A stretch of DNA of 64,000 nucleotides from Deferribacterales bacterium (lineage in GTDB: Bacteria; Chrysiogenota; Deferribacteres; Deferribacterales; Geovibrionaceae): NCBI GenBank assembly GCA_050251945.1, contig JBFWLW010000005.1, positions 1 through 64,000 of the forward strand, given 5' to 3'. Both the position numbers and the translations under genes were made by a program. This document shows positions 32,299 through 41,744 of the stretch, one piece after another (the stretch's first letter is position 1; each line of letters begins with the position of its first letter). The notes beneath the pieces are model-generated. The model made no database searches. It had not been told where the DNA came from and was given only the letters and a program-made list of their open reading frames with translations.

Positions 32299-33646
32299 CA
32301 ATCCGAAAGTGCTTATAGTTGATGACGACAGAAGCCTGCTCGAAATATTGCGGATGAGGTTCGGCAGCAGCGGATACACTCCTTTTGCCGCGGGCAGCAG
32401 TGCCGAAGCGATTGAGCTGGTCAGAAACGATATATTCGACGCAGCCGTCTTTGACATGCGCATCGACGGAAGAACAGGACTGGAACTTATGCGCGAAATA
32501 AGAAATCTGGACTGGGGGCTGCCTGTTATTTTTCTCACCGCATACGGAACTATCGGCGACGCCGTGCAGGCTATGCAGGAGGGCGCATTCAGCTATCTGA
32601 CCAAGCCTTTCAATCATAAGGAACTGATGGTCAAGGTAGATAACGCCGTAAGCCAGAACGCATCATCACGCAGGCTGCTCAGGGCGGGAGCGGGTGAAAA
32701 TCATTCTGTAATGGCGGAGACCATAATAGGTGTTTCGGAAAAGACGAAAACCCTTCGGGAGCGTATTGCAATTGCCGCCGAGAGCGACGCGAGCGTCTTT
32801 ATATACGGTGAAAGCGGCACAGGAAAGGAACTTGCCGCCAGAATGCTGCACGAATCGGGCAGCAGAAAAAATGCTCCTTTCGTGGCGGTCAATTCGTCAG
32901 CAATTCCCGAAACACTCATAGAAAGTGAGCTTTTCGGGTATGAAAAGGGTGCTTTTACAGGTGCCGACAGGAAAAAGAAAGGTTTCTTTGAACAGGCGCA
33001 GAACGGAACGATCTTCCTCGACGAGATATCCGAGATGCCTTTTTCGATGCAGACAAAACTTCTGCGGGTTCTTGAAAACAGAGAGGTTTCCCCTTTGGGC
33101 AGTGAAAGAACAGTCAAACTTGATTTCAGGCTGGTTTCGGCATCGAATAAGGATCTTCTGGCGCTGATAGACAAAAAAGAGTTTCGCGCCGACCTTTTTT
33201 ACAGGATACATGTCGTTCAGATAGAACTTCCGCCACTGCGCGACCGCAAAGAGGATATTCCTCTGCTCAGCTGGCATTTCATAAATAAGTATGCCGGTCG
33301 GTATGGACGCGCCGCGCGTTCACTTTCACAGGATGCTCTTGAAAAGCTTATGAATTATGACTGGGCGGGGAACATACGCGAGCTTGAAAACGTTATCGAG
33401 TGTGCGGTGGTGCTTGCTCCGAAAGATATCATAAAGGCGGACATGATACGGTTTGCGCAGAATCCGGATAAACATGCACAGGTATACCGGGAAGCGAAAA
33501 AACAGTTCGAGGAAGTTTTTCTGCGTCAGCTCATGGGAAAAACAAAGGGGAATGTAAGCAAAGCGTCAAAGCTTTCGGATATATACAGAGCCGATCTGTA
33601 CGATCTTCTCAAAAAACATTCTATCAATCCTGCCGATTTCAGATAA
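32288..33646 (+). CDS. Sigma54-dependent response regulator, GlrR/QseF-like
   Basis: REC, GESGTGKE, GAFTGA, HTH GNVSKASKL. Confidence 0.88.
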   Translation: MENSNPKVLIVDDDRSLLEILRMRFGSSGYTPFAAGSSAEAIELVRNDIFDAAVFDMRIDGRTGLELMREIRNLDWGLPVIFLTAYGTIGDAVQAMQEGAFSYLTKPFNHKELMVKVDNAVSQNASSRRLLRAGAGENHSVMAETIIGVSEKTKTLRERIAIAAESDASVFIYGESGTGKELAARMLHESGSRKNAPFVAVNSSAIPETLIESELFGYEKGAFTGADRKKKGFFEQAQNGTIFLDEISEMPFSMQTKLLRVLENREVSPLGSERTVKLDFRLVSASNKDLLALIDKKEFRADLFYRIHVVQIELPPLRDRKEDIPLLSWHFINKYAGRYGRAARSLSQDALEKLMNYDWAGNIRELENVIECAVVLAPKDIIKADMIRFAQNPDKHAQVYREAKKQFEEVFLRQLMGKTKGNVSKASKLSDIYRADLYDLLKKHSINPADFR

Positions 33647-33650
33647 AAAA

Positions 33651-33957
33651 AGCGGAGCTTTCGCTCCGCTTCAGACTGATGACAAACTGGATTTTACGTT
33701 CCGATCTCCCCCTTTAGAAAAGGGGGATTAAGGGGGATTTTGATTAAACATCAATCAAATCCACCCCAACCCTCCTTTTGCTAAAGGATGGAGAAAAATG
33801 GAAATTATGACAAAGTTGAAAAAGACGAGATCGCTTTGTCGCTACTCTTCTCGCGAAGACGTAAGTTACTGTCATTGCGAGGAAGCCGCAGGCTGACGCG
33901 GCAATCTCATTGATTTTAACCGGTTTATTAATAACCTGAGCGGAGCTTTCGCTCCGC
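33651..33957. mobile_element. MITE-like element flanked by duplicated terminator hairpins
   Basis: Ends cagactgatgacaaa (33672) and tttattaataacctg (33938); agcggagctttcgctccgc on both sides; internal REP doublet at 33828-33907. Confidence 0.7.
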
Positions 33958-33965
33958 CTTGGTTG

Positions 33966-34562
33966 TTATTTCTGCCAGCCTTCCGGATTGTTTTTGTAGT
34001 AATCTTTCATTTTTTCAGGATCAGGAGTCATAACTTCTTTGCCGGGTGTCCAGCCTGCGGGACAAACTTCGCCGTGTTTTGCAACGAACTGAAGTGCGTC
34101 AACGTTTCTGAGAATTTCAGTTACGTTTCTGCCGATGCTGTTGCTGTGGATCAGTTCAAACTGAACGTTGCCTTCGGGGTCGATGATGAATGTGGCGCGC
34201 AGAGCCATGCCGCCTTCAAGAAGAACGCCGTAGTCTGTTGCGATGGCTTTTGTGAAATCAGCAACAAGGGGATATGCGATGTCGCCGAGACCGCCCTCTT
34301 TTCTGGGAGTGTTTATCCATGCAAGGTGGCTGAATTTGCTGTCGGTGGAAACGCCTATAATCTGGGTATTTCTTTTTGTAAATTCTGCGTTTGCATCAGA
34401 GAGCGATGTGATCTCTGTGGGGCATACGAATGTGAAGTCCATGGGATAGAAGAAAAGAACTACCCATTTGCCTTTGTAGTCTTCAAGGCTTACATTTTTG
34501 AATTCTTTGTTGAGAACTGCTGCTTCAGAAAAAGCGGGTGCTTGTTTTGTTACAAGGCTCAT
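33966..34562 (-). CDS. ahpC: Typical 2-Cys peroxiredoxin AhpC
   Basis: FYPMDFTFVCPTE and GEVCPAGW. Confidence 0.93.
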   Translation of the reverse strand: MSLVTKQAPAFSEAAVLNKEFKNVSLEDYKGKWVVLFFYPMDFTFVCPTEITSLSDANAEFTKRNTQIIGVSTDSKFSHLAWINTPRKEGGLGDIAYPLVADFTKAIATDYGVLLEGGMALRATFIIDPEGNVQFELIHSNSIGRNVTEILRNVDALQFVAKHGEVCPAGWTPGKEVMTPDPEKMKDYYKNNPEGWQK

Positions 34563-34676
34563 TGTAATTTCCTCCGTTAATTTTGAGTTAGTGATAATTT
34601 TTATTAACAATATTCTTTTTTTTCGGAGTTGTCAATATAAAAATGAGATTAAAACTGTCTCTTTAATGTCAGATAA

Positions 34677-35210
34677 TTATAGTTCCTTCTGATACGTCAC
34701 GATTTCCTCTTCGTCGAAGAAGAACATGAATCTGTTTAAAGATGAACGTTTTATAAGTTTGCCATCTGGCAGAAGCTGATAGACTGACTGCATATTTATG
34801 TTCATCGAATCACTGCGTCCCCGTTCAAACACCCAGTTTTTAAGAACGATGGAATCGCCAGCGCGGGTGAGCGAACAACTACTTATGTCGTTGATATCTA
34901 CACAGGAATAACTGCCGTCGGTTTTTTGCATGAATCTGTAGGTATTTTTTGTCTGCGCTCCGGCGTTGTCAACCGTGGTCTCCTGCATGAAGATTGCGCC
35001 GTTTTCGGAATATGCCTTAAGGGTGGATTTAAACGTATATTTGGCGTTGCCGAAGATGTCAACCCGCATGCCGTTTCCTTCATATACGCCGTCGAAAACG
35101 CTTTCAGGTGTTGCGTATGCGCCCGCCTGCATCGTCCCTTCCGCTGTCAGCGCAGTGACACAGCCTGTGAGCAGAGACATCATTGCCATCAATATAATAA
35201 TATGTTTCAT
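34677..35210 (-). CDS. Lipoprotein of unknown function
   Basis: Lipobox LLTGC, beta-rich body. Confidence 0.6.
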   Translation of the reverse strand: MKHIIILMAMMSLLTGCVTALTAEGTMQAGAYATPESVFDGVYEGNGMRVDIFGNAKYTFKSTLKAYSENGAIFMQETTVDNAGAQTKNTYRFMQKTDGSYSCVDINDISSCSLTRAGDSIVLKNWVFERGRSDSMNINMQSVYQLLPDGKLIKRSSLNRFMFFFDEEEIVTYQKEL

Positions 35211-35251
35211 GAGCTGATTATATTACTGCCGCGGCGGAAGTCAAAAGGAAA

Positions 35252-35701
35252 TTAAAAGATGATGGGCTTCTGTCTTGAGTTCCTGACCTCTTCTAGATGG
35301 CTGTCCCAGACAAGTTTGCTGATCACATTCTCGTTGCGCAAGGAAAGTTTATGGAATTTAACGCCTGCAATGCTGTCCGTAACCCACATTACCACGCCTT
35401 CCAGAGGCTGCAGTTCATGTTTTGTACTCATGAAATATACGTCCTCGCAGGTGAGACATGCCTGTTTTGTGAGGCAGTTTTTGGTGCGCATCTCAACTAT
35501 ATCGCCTATTTTCAATATGTTTTTCTGACCGAAGCAGATACCGCCCGCACTGATATCCAGCGATTTTGTGCGGAAGCAGATGTTTGCCGTTTCGGATTCA
35601 GGCGCTCCGCGTCTTCTCACGCTTGTGACGCAAAGGTCAAGAGTGACTCTGACCCTCATGTGTTCGCGTCTGTTAACTACTTTTTCTGGTAGGAATGTCA
35701 T
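35252..35701 (-). CDS. PilZ-domain protein
   Basis: RREHMR (RxxxR) and DISAGG (DxSxxG), AGVKF. Confidence 0.78.
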   Translation of the reverse strand: MTFLPEKVVNRREHMRVRVTLDLCVTSVRRRGAPESETANICFRTKSLDISAGGICFGQKNILKIGDIVEMRTKNCLTKQACLTCEDVYFMSTKHELQPLEGVVMWVTDSIAGVKFHKLSLRNENVISKLVWDSHLEEVRNSRQKPIIF

Positions 35702-35771
35702 GTTATCTCCTCTATCATTATCATCGTCATTTCGTTTGATAAATCAAGGGAAAAATAACTTGAGAATGTTA

Positions 35772-37085
35772 TTATATATGAAGCTTTTTCACATAATCCG
35801 AAATAATCTGTTTATGGTCAAATGCTATATTCACGGGAAGTTCCGTAAACTTAAAGAACACTGCATTTTTTGCGTCGTCACCCGCTTTGGGAGTCTGCGC
35901 GGAATCTGTGTAATACACAGCGGTCGCGGTATGTCCTCTTTTATCTCTTTTCGGATCGGAATAGATGCCGAGCAGTTCTATTTTGTCGGCTTTGATACCT
36001 GTTTCTTCAAAAAGTTCGCGGACGGCAGCGTCTTCAACTTTTTCGCCGTAGTCGACAAATCCTCCGGGGATCGCCCAGCCGAGAGGCTCGTTAATCCGTT
36101 CGATAAGCAGGATGGAGTCACCGTTTCGGACTATTACATCCGCAGTAAGTTTCGGAGTGTAAAGGTAGTGACCGCCGTATTTGAACTGAACGCTTCTGAA
36201 CACGGTTTCGCAGTAGGGTGCGGATAGTCCGTGTTTTTCAAGTGTTCTTATGACTGGACCAAGGATTCCGTCTATCTCCGGATTTTTAAGCCTTTCTATG
36301 TCCTGAAGCATGCTCGTTTTGTATTTTTCAAGCTGATCGCTGTACTTTATCTTCTGACGCCATTCCTGTTCGGTAATGGTGACGCCATCAAGCTTTGCCG
36401 CGGCGACCGTCTCTTTTACCATCTTTTCGATTAGCTCGAAAATGAGCGGATTTCTCATCATCGGACCGCATGTGCTTTCAAGAAGCGCTGAAAGCGGGTT
36501 ATAAGCCACGTTCCAGACCAGTTTGCTCCAAAGAGTGTGCCTTATGTCGGGAGAGATGTTTGAAAGTACTTCGCTCTTGTCGAATATCTCCTTTATGGGC
36601 TGTTCAAATCGTTTCGCACCTTCCGACCATGCGCCGAAGATGCATTCGCCCGTGCTTGTGTGGTTAACGGTTCCGGCAGGCTCAATCCACAGACCGACAA
36701 ACAGACTTGCGCCGACGGTTCTGTCCGCCCCGAAATGCTCCGCCAGAACGTTCGGGTTTTCCACGCCGTTCTGGAAAGACACGATGCATCCGTCATCCGC
36801 GAGATTGTCCTTTAACTGTCTGCACGTTTCCCCGGTATCCTGCGATTTGACGCAGAGGATTATCATGCCGTATCTGCCGCTTGCCTGAGCCACGGCTTTA
36901 ACAGGGATTACAGGTTCGCCGTGTTTCCAGCTTTTCATTTTCAGAACGCCTGTTTCCTGCATGGCTTTCAGGTGTCTGCCCCTTGCCATGAGTTCAACGT
37001 CGTAGCCTGCCTTTGACATCAGCCCGCCGTAAAAGCTGCCGATGGCTCCGGCTCCTGCAATGAGTATTCTTTTATTTGAGAACAA
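35772..37085 (-). CDS. Ketopantoate reductase (PanE/ApbA) fused to a C-terminal Nudix hydrolase
   Basis: GAGAIG, VKS, QNGV, WSKL, TSMLQD, EIDGI; Nudix box GGFVDYGEKVEDAAVRELFEETG. Confidence 0.85.
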   Translation of the reverse strand: MFSNKRILIAGAGAIGSFYGGLMSKAGYDVELMARGRHLKAMQETGVLKMKSWKHGEPVIPVKAVAQASGRYGMIILCVKSQDTGETCRQLKDNLADDGCIVSFQNGVENPNVLAEHFGADRTVGASLFVGLWIEPAGTVNHTSTGECIFGAWSEGAKRFEQPIKEIFDKSEVLSNISPDIRHTLWSKLVWNVAYNPLSALLESTCGPMMRNPLIFELIEKMVKETVAAAKLDGVTITEQEWRQKIKYSDQLEKYKTSMLQDIERLKNPEIDGILGPVIRTLEKHGLSAPYCETVFRSVQFKYGGHYLYTPKLTADVIVRNGDSILLIERINEPLGWAIPGGFVDYGEKVEDAAVRELFEETGIKADKIELLGIYSDPKRDKRGHTATAVYYTDSAQTPKAGDDAKNAVFFKFTELPVNIAFDHKQIISDYVKKLHI

Positions 37086-37163
37086 TTTGAAACTCCGTAG
37101 ATTAGAATGAGACCGCCGCGCCGCATCATTTTCCGTATGCGGCGCTGACAGCCGTTAAATTTC

Positions 37164-39569
37164 TTACTTAAATACTATTTCAGCCTCTGAAAGTTTTGCT
37201 TTCAGGTTTTTCCGTCTGCCGAATTTGCTGTTGAGCAGAAGCTCGCTCAGCGGGTCTTCTATGAGCGACTGGAGCATCCTTCTTATGGGTCGTGCGCCGT
37301 ATGTGAAGTCATAGTCAGAGTTTAAGATATGCTCTTTAACTTCGTCGTCTATCTCGATGGACTTGCCGATGTCTGCGAGACGTCTGTTAAGTTCGTTCAC
37401 CTGAAGGTCGATGATCTTGAACAGCTCCTGTTTGCCCAGCGGTTTGAACACGATGACGTTGTCCACCCTGTTGATGAATTCGGGCGGGAACTGGTCTTTC
37501 AGTTCGCGGTTTGCGTTTGAGCTGAAAGCGCCGTAGTCTATGGTGTTCAGTTTTCCGGCAGTTTCAAAGCCCATGGATTTCTTGTTAAGGCTGAGTTTCG
37601 TGCCGAGGTTGGACGTCATTATCACTATAGTGTTCTTGAAGTTGACCTTATGTCCGAGACTGTCGGATATGTGTCCGTCGTCAAGTATTTGCAGAAGCAC
37701 GTTGAGAACTTCAGGGTGCGCCTTCTCTATCTCGTCGAAAAGTACGACGCTGTAAGGTTTTCTGCGCACAAGCTCCGTAAGTTTTCCGCCCTCTTCATAT
37801 CCGACGTACCCGGGGGGGGCGCCGATAAGTTTGGAGGCGTTGAACCTCTCCATATATTCACTCATGTCGATGCGGACAAGGGCTGATTCGGAACCGAATA
37901 CTATTTCCGCGAGTTTTTTCGCGACTTCGGTTTTCCCGACCCCTGTGGGTCCCATAAATATGAATGAGCCAAGCGGTCTGTTTGGGTTTGACAGCCCTGC
38001 GAAGCTTCGTTTCACGGCTTTTGCCAGCGCGTTCACCGCCTCGTCCTGTCCTATGACGTGTTTCTTTATCTCTGTGTCAATTTTGGATATCCGCGTCAGA
38101 TCGTCCTGCTGGAGTTTCTGTACGGGGATTCCGGTCATATGAGCAACAACCTCGCTGACATTCTCCACATGAAGCGTCGGCCAGTTGTCGTCAAGTTCTT
38201 TTACCCAGCTTTTTTCCATTTCAGCGGCTTTTTTGGAGAAACGCTCAACATCCTTTGAAAATCTCTGGATATCGTCGTAATCCGAAGCCTTGAGCTTCTC
38301 GTCGCGTGTGGTTCTCGCCTCGTTCAGCTTCGCCTTGAGTTTAAGCAGAGCTTCCGGCACCTGACGCACAGCGAGTTTCAGTCTTGAGCAGGCTTCATCC
38401 AGAACGTCGATGCTCTTGTCGGGCTGGAACTTGTCGGTGATGTACCTGTCCGTGAGCCTTGCTATCTCTTCCAGAACCTCGTGGCTGATGAGAACCTTGT
38501 GGAAGTCCTCGTAATATCGCTTGATGCCCGCGAGTATCTCGACCGTAGCTATAACGGAGGGCTGTTCCACGGGGATGGTCTGGAATCTTCTGTTGAGCGC
38601 GCCGTCCTTTTCAAAGTTCTTGCGGAACTCGCTGAGGGTGGTTGCGCCTATACACTGGAAAACACCCCTTGCAAGGGCAGGTTTCAGCATGTTCGACGCG
38701 TCGATGGAACCTTCCGCGGCTCCCGCGCCGACCATGGTGTGTATCTCGTCGATGAAGATTATGATATTGCCGTCCGTCTCTATCTCTTTGATGAGGTTCT
38801 TCATCCGCTCTTCAAACTGACCGCGGTACTTCGTACCGGCGACCACGTTGCCAAGCTCAAGAGATATCAGTCTCTTATTGCGCAAAAAGTCCGGTATGTC
38901 GTCGGAGATCATGCGCAGTGCAAGCCCCTCGACTATTGCTGTTTTGCCGACCCCGGGTTCGCCGATGATAACGGCGTTGTTCTTGATGCGTCTTCCGAGT
39001 ATCTGGATAAGTCTTTCTATCTCTTTTCCGCGCCCGATAACAGGGTCAAGTTTGCCCTCTCTCGCCTGCGCGGTCATGTCTCTGCCGAACTCGTCTATGG
39101 TGGGAGTCGCCGCCTGTCCCTGCTTTTTGCTGTAGGTGCGGATAAGTCCCGCTATCTCGTCGCGCAGGGGGAGCAGTTCAAAGCCCAGCTTTGAAAGGAG
39201 CATGGATGCCTTTCCCTTCTTCTCTTTCAGAAGACCGAGAAGGATATGCTCGGTGTTGACATATTTTGTGTTAAGAATCTTCGCCTCGTCCACTGCATAG
39301 TCCAGAACATTCTTGCCGGCGGGGCTGAACGGGAGACTCCCTTTTATCATAAGGTTGTGTCCCTTTTCGCTGACGCTTTTAACATCGTTCATCAGCATTG
39401 TGACGTCTATGCCCCGTTTGGTGAATATTTCGGCTGCTATGCCGGAACGTTCGCGCAGAAGTCCCATAAGGATATGCTCTGTGTCGATGGACGACTGCAT
39501 AAGCCTTTCGGAAGCTTCTCTTGCAAACAGGATCACGCGTCTGGCTCTGTCGGTAAATAATTCAAACAT
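37164..39569 (-). CDS. clpC: ATP-dependent Clp protease ATP-binding subunit, ClpC-type
   Basis: Clp-N repeats, two AAA modules ([16 protein letters not shown]), MGF ClpP-docking loop. Confidence 0.88.
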   Translation of the reverse strand: MFELFTDRARRVILFAREASERLMQSSIDTEHILMGLLRERSGIAAEIFTKRGIDVTMLMNDVKSVSEKGHNLMIKGSLPFSPAGKNVLDYAVDEAKILNTKYVNTEHILLGLLKEKKGKASMLLSKLGFELLPLRDEIAGLIRTYSKKQGQAATPTIDEFGRDMTAQAREGKLDPVIGRGKEIERLIQILGRRIKNNAVIIGEPGVGKTAIVEGLALRMISDDIPDFLRNKRLISLELGNVVAGTKYRGQFEERMKNLIKEIETDGNIIIFIDEIHTMVGAGAAEGSIDASNMLKPALARGVFQCIGATTLSEFRKNFEKDGALNRRFQTIPVEQPSVIATVEILAGIKRYYEDFHKVLISHEVLEEIARLTDRYITDKFQPDKSIDVLDEACSRLKLAVRQVPEALLKLKAKLNEARTTRDEKLKASDYDDIQRFSKDVERFSKKAAEMEKSWVKELDDNWPTLHVENVSEVVAHMTGIPVQKLQQDDLTRISKIDTEIKKHVIGQDEAVNALAKAVKRSFAGLSNPNRPLGSFIFMGPTGVGKTEVAKKLAEIVFGSESALVRIDMSEYMERFNASKLIGAPPGYVGYEEGGKLTELVRRKPYSVVLFDEIEKAHPEVLNVLLQILDDGHISDSLGHKVNFKNTIVIMTSNLGTKLSLNKKSMGFETAGKLNTIDYGAFSSNANRELKDQFPPEFINRVDNVIVFKPLGKQELFKIIDLQVNELNRRLADIGKSIEIDDEVKEHILNSDYDFTYGARPIRRMLQSLIEDPLSELLLNSKFGRRKNLKAKLSEAEIVFK

Positions 39570-39745
39570 ATAAGTATCCCTTAATAAGATAAATCTATTA
39601 TATTGCCTGCGGGTATGGTTTATCAAGGACAATCTCAATAATCATGAATATATAACCCGACAGAAATACTCGCAATAAGAATTGAGTTGACACAAGTGTG
39701 CGTAATCATAATAATATTTTAAGTAGCTCATATAAGGAGTGTTTT

Positions 39746-40285
39746 ATGAATCAAAAAAACCTTTTCGCAGTTACGCTTATCGCGGCGGACAGACCCGGGA
39801 TAGTCGCGGCGGTGTCTAAAATATTCTACGAAAACAGCTTTAACATAGAGGATTCCAGCTCTACTCTTTTGCAGGGTTTTTTCTCCGCAATATTTATCGT
39901 CAGCAAAGACGGAGTTGATGCGGACGGCGTAAAAAAAATGTTCGCTTCACTTGAAAAGACCATGAATATAGACTTTCATGTGCAGGCTATGAGCGAAGCA
40001 GGGGTCAAACCCATCGGCGAACATTTCATAATCTCCGTTTACGGTTCCGACAAACCCGGCATCGTGAACAAAGTTGCCGAATACCTCGCAAACAGAGAGA
40101 TAAACATCCTCGACCTGCAGACAAAGGTCGCAGGTTCGGAAAAAAGCCCCATATACCTTATGGTGCTTGAGGTTATCATCGATCCCAAAATGATGGGTAC
40201 AGGCTGGGAAGACGACCTGAAAAAAATATCCAGAGATATGGGTACCGACGTAAACATCAGACAGATAGAAACATACGAGTTTTAA
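39746..40285 (+). CDS. Double ACT-domain protein (GcvR-like)
   Basis: ADRPGIVA and SDKPGIV. Confidence 0.82.
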   Translation: MNQKNLFAVTLIAADRPGIVAAVSKIFYENSFNIEDSSSTLLQGFFSAIFIVSKDGVDADGVKKMFASLEKTMNIDFHVQAMSEAGVKPIGEHFIISVYGSDKPGIVNKVAEYLANREINILDLQTKVAGSEKSPIYLMVLEVIIDPKMMGTGWEDDLKKISRDMGTDVNIRQIETYEF

Positions 40286-40288
40286 CAT

Positions 40289-40792
40289 ATGGCAGTCAGA
40301 GAAGTATTGAAATATCCGGATCCCCGTCTGAAGGAGATCGCAGACGACGTCGTTGAGATAAACGATTATATAAAGCAGGTCATCACAGACCTTTCAGACA
40401 CAATGGAAGCCGCAGGACACTCCACAGGCATAGCCGCAACGCAGATAGGCGAGAACGTGCGCATAGTTGTTGCGGATGCTTCAAAGAATGCAAAGTGCGA
40501 GGTTAACCACGGCAGACTTGTTCTGATCAATCCGGAGGTTATCCAGTGGGAGGGCATGATACAGTTCCGCGAGGGCTGTATGAGCGTGCCGGACTACACT
40601 GGAAACGTTAACCGCGCCAAGAAGATACTTCTGCGGTATCAGGATGAGAATCTTGAGCAGAAGGTCATTGAGGCGGAGGATTTCGAGGCGGTGCTTTTAC
40701 AGCATGAGACAGACCACCTCGACGGTACGCTGTTCCTCGACAGGGTCATATCCAAACGTACCGACCTGTTCCGCAGAAAGAAATTCAAATAG
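40289..40792 (+). CDS. def: Peptide deformylase
   Basis: GIAATQIG, EGCMS, QHETDHLDG. Confidence 0.95.
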   Translation: MAVREVLKYPDPRLKEIADDVVEINDYIKQVITDLSDTMEAAGHSTGIAATQIGENVRIVVADASKNAKCEVNHGRLVLINPEVIQWEGMIQFREGCMSVPDYTGNVNRAKKILLRYQDENLEQKVIEAEDFEAVLLQHETDHLDGTLFLDRVISKRTDLFRRKKFK

Positions 40793-40793
40793 G

Positions 40794-40928
40794 TTATTCA
40801 GCGCTCAGCTCATAAGCGACCTGTTCCTTTGCCTGCGGCTGAACGTTTTTCTGTCCGCCGTTAACAGCGAACAGTATAAGAAATCCGAAGAATATCACAG
40901 CGGTTATGTGTATTGCATATCTGTCCAT
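40794..40928 (-). CDS. 44-aa single-TM small protein (below ORF-track cutoff)
   Basis: Manual translation MDRYAIHITAVIFFGFLILFAVNGGQKNVQPQAKEQVAYELSAE*; AGGAGG RBS 5 nt before ATG. Confidence 0.7.
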   Translation of the reverse strand: MDRYAIHITAVIFFGFLILFAVNGGQKNVQPQAKEQVAYELSAE

Positions 40929-40947
40929 ATTTTCCTCCTACAGGTCT

Positions 40948-40984
40948 AATATAAAACAGGCAAGCGACAACTGCTGTCGTTTGC
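40948..40984 (-). promoter_or_regulatory. Candidate WYL operator and -10 box for the 44-aa gene
   Basis: Palindrome gcaagCGAC-aactgct-GTCGtttgc; minus strand TGTCGC-N10-TATATT. Confidence 0.7.
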
Positions 40985-41000
40985 ATGCGAAAAATTATAC

Positions 41001-41701
41001 GTCTCTGCAAGGAATGAAATGACGAAGCAGTCTTAACGGTTCAGATCGCTTTGGGCTGAGCCTCGCGAAGACAAAAAGAGAGTGTCTCTGCGAGGAATGA
41101 AATGGCGGAGCAGTCTTAACGGTTTAGATCGCTTCAGGTTAAGCCCTCGCGAAGACAAAAAGAGAACGTCTCTGCGGGGAATGAAATGGCGAAGCAGTCT
41201 TAACGGTTCAGATCGCTTCGGGCAAAGCCTCGCGAAGACAAAAAGAGAACGTCTCTGCGGGGAATAAAATGACGAAGCAGTCTTAACGGTTCAGATCGCT
41301 TCGGGCTGAGCCTCGCGAAGACAAAATGAGAATGTCTCTGCGGGGAATGAAATGACGAAGCAGTCTTAACAGTTTAGATCGCTTCGGGCTGAGCCCTCGC
41401 GAAGACAAAAAGAGAGTGTCTCTGCGAGGAATGAAATGACGAAGCAGTCTTAACAGTTTAGATCGCTTCGGGCTGAGCCTCGCGAAGACAAAAAGAGAGT
41501 GTCTCTGCGGGGAATGAAATGGCGAAACAGTCTTAACGGTTCAGATCGCTTCGGGCTGAGCCCTCGCGAAGACAAAAAGAGAGTGTCTCTGCGAGGAATG
41601 AAATGACGAAGCAGTCTTAACATTTTAGATCGCTTCGGGCTGAGCCCTCGCGAAGACAAAAAGAGAACGTCTCTGCGAGGAATGAAATGACGAAGCAGTC
41701 T
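41001..41701. repeat. BIME-like tandem array of REP doublets: 8 units of 83-84 bp plus a final half unit
   Basis: Units start at 41001, 41084, 41168, 41251, 41334, 41418, 41501, 41585, 41669; linkers are near-constant. Confidence 0.95.
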
Positions 41702-41710
41702 CAATTCAAT

Positions 41711-41739
41711 GGCGACAATATGTGTCGCCGTGGTATACT
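41711..41739 (+). promoter_or_regulatory. Candidate WYL auto-operator plus extended -10
   Basis: ggCGAC-aatatgt-GTCGcc then TGgTATACT, 5 nt before the ATG at 41745. Confidence 0.7.
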
Positions 41740-41744
41740 TTCCC

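Noticed and set aside
33963..34580. 205-aa plus-strand ORF
   Set aside because: Antisense shadow of ahpC with no recognisable motifs
40644..40949. 101-aa plus-strand ORF overlapping def
   Set aside because: Overlaps def out of frame; the minus-strand 44-aa ORF has an RBS, a promoter and a TM segment instead
41001..41701. CRISPR array
   Set aside because: Linkers between repeats are short and near-identical rather than unique spacers; no cas genes; the unit matches dispersed REP-like elements
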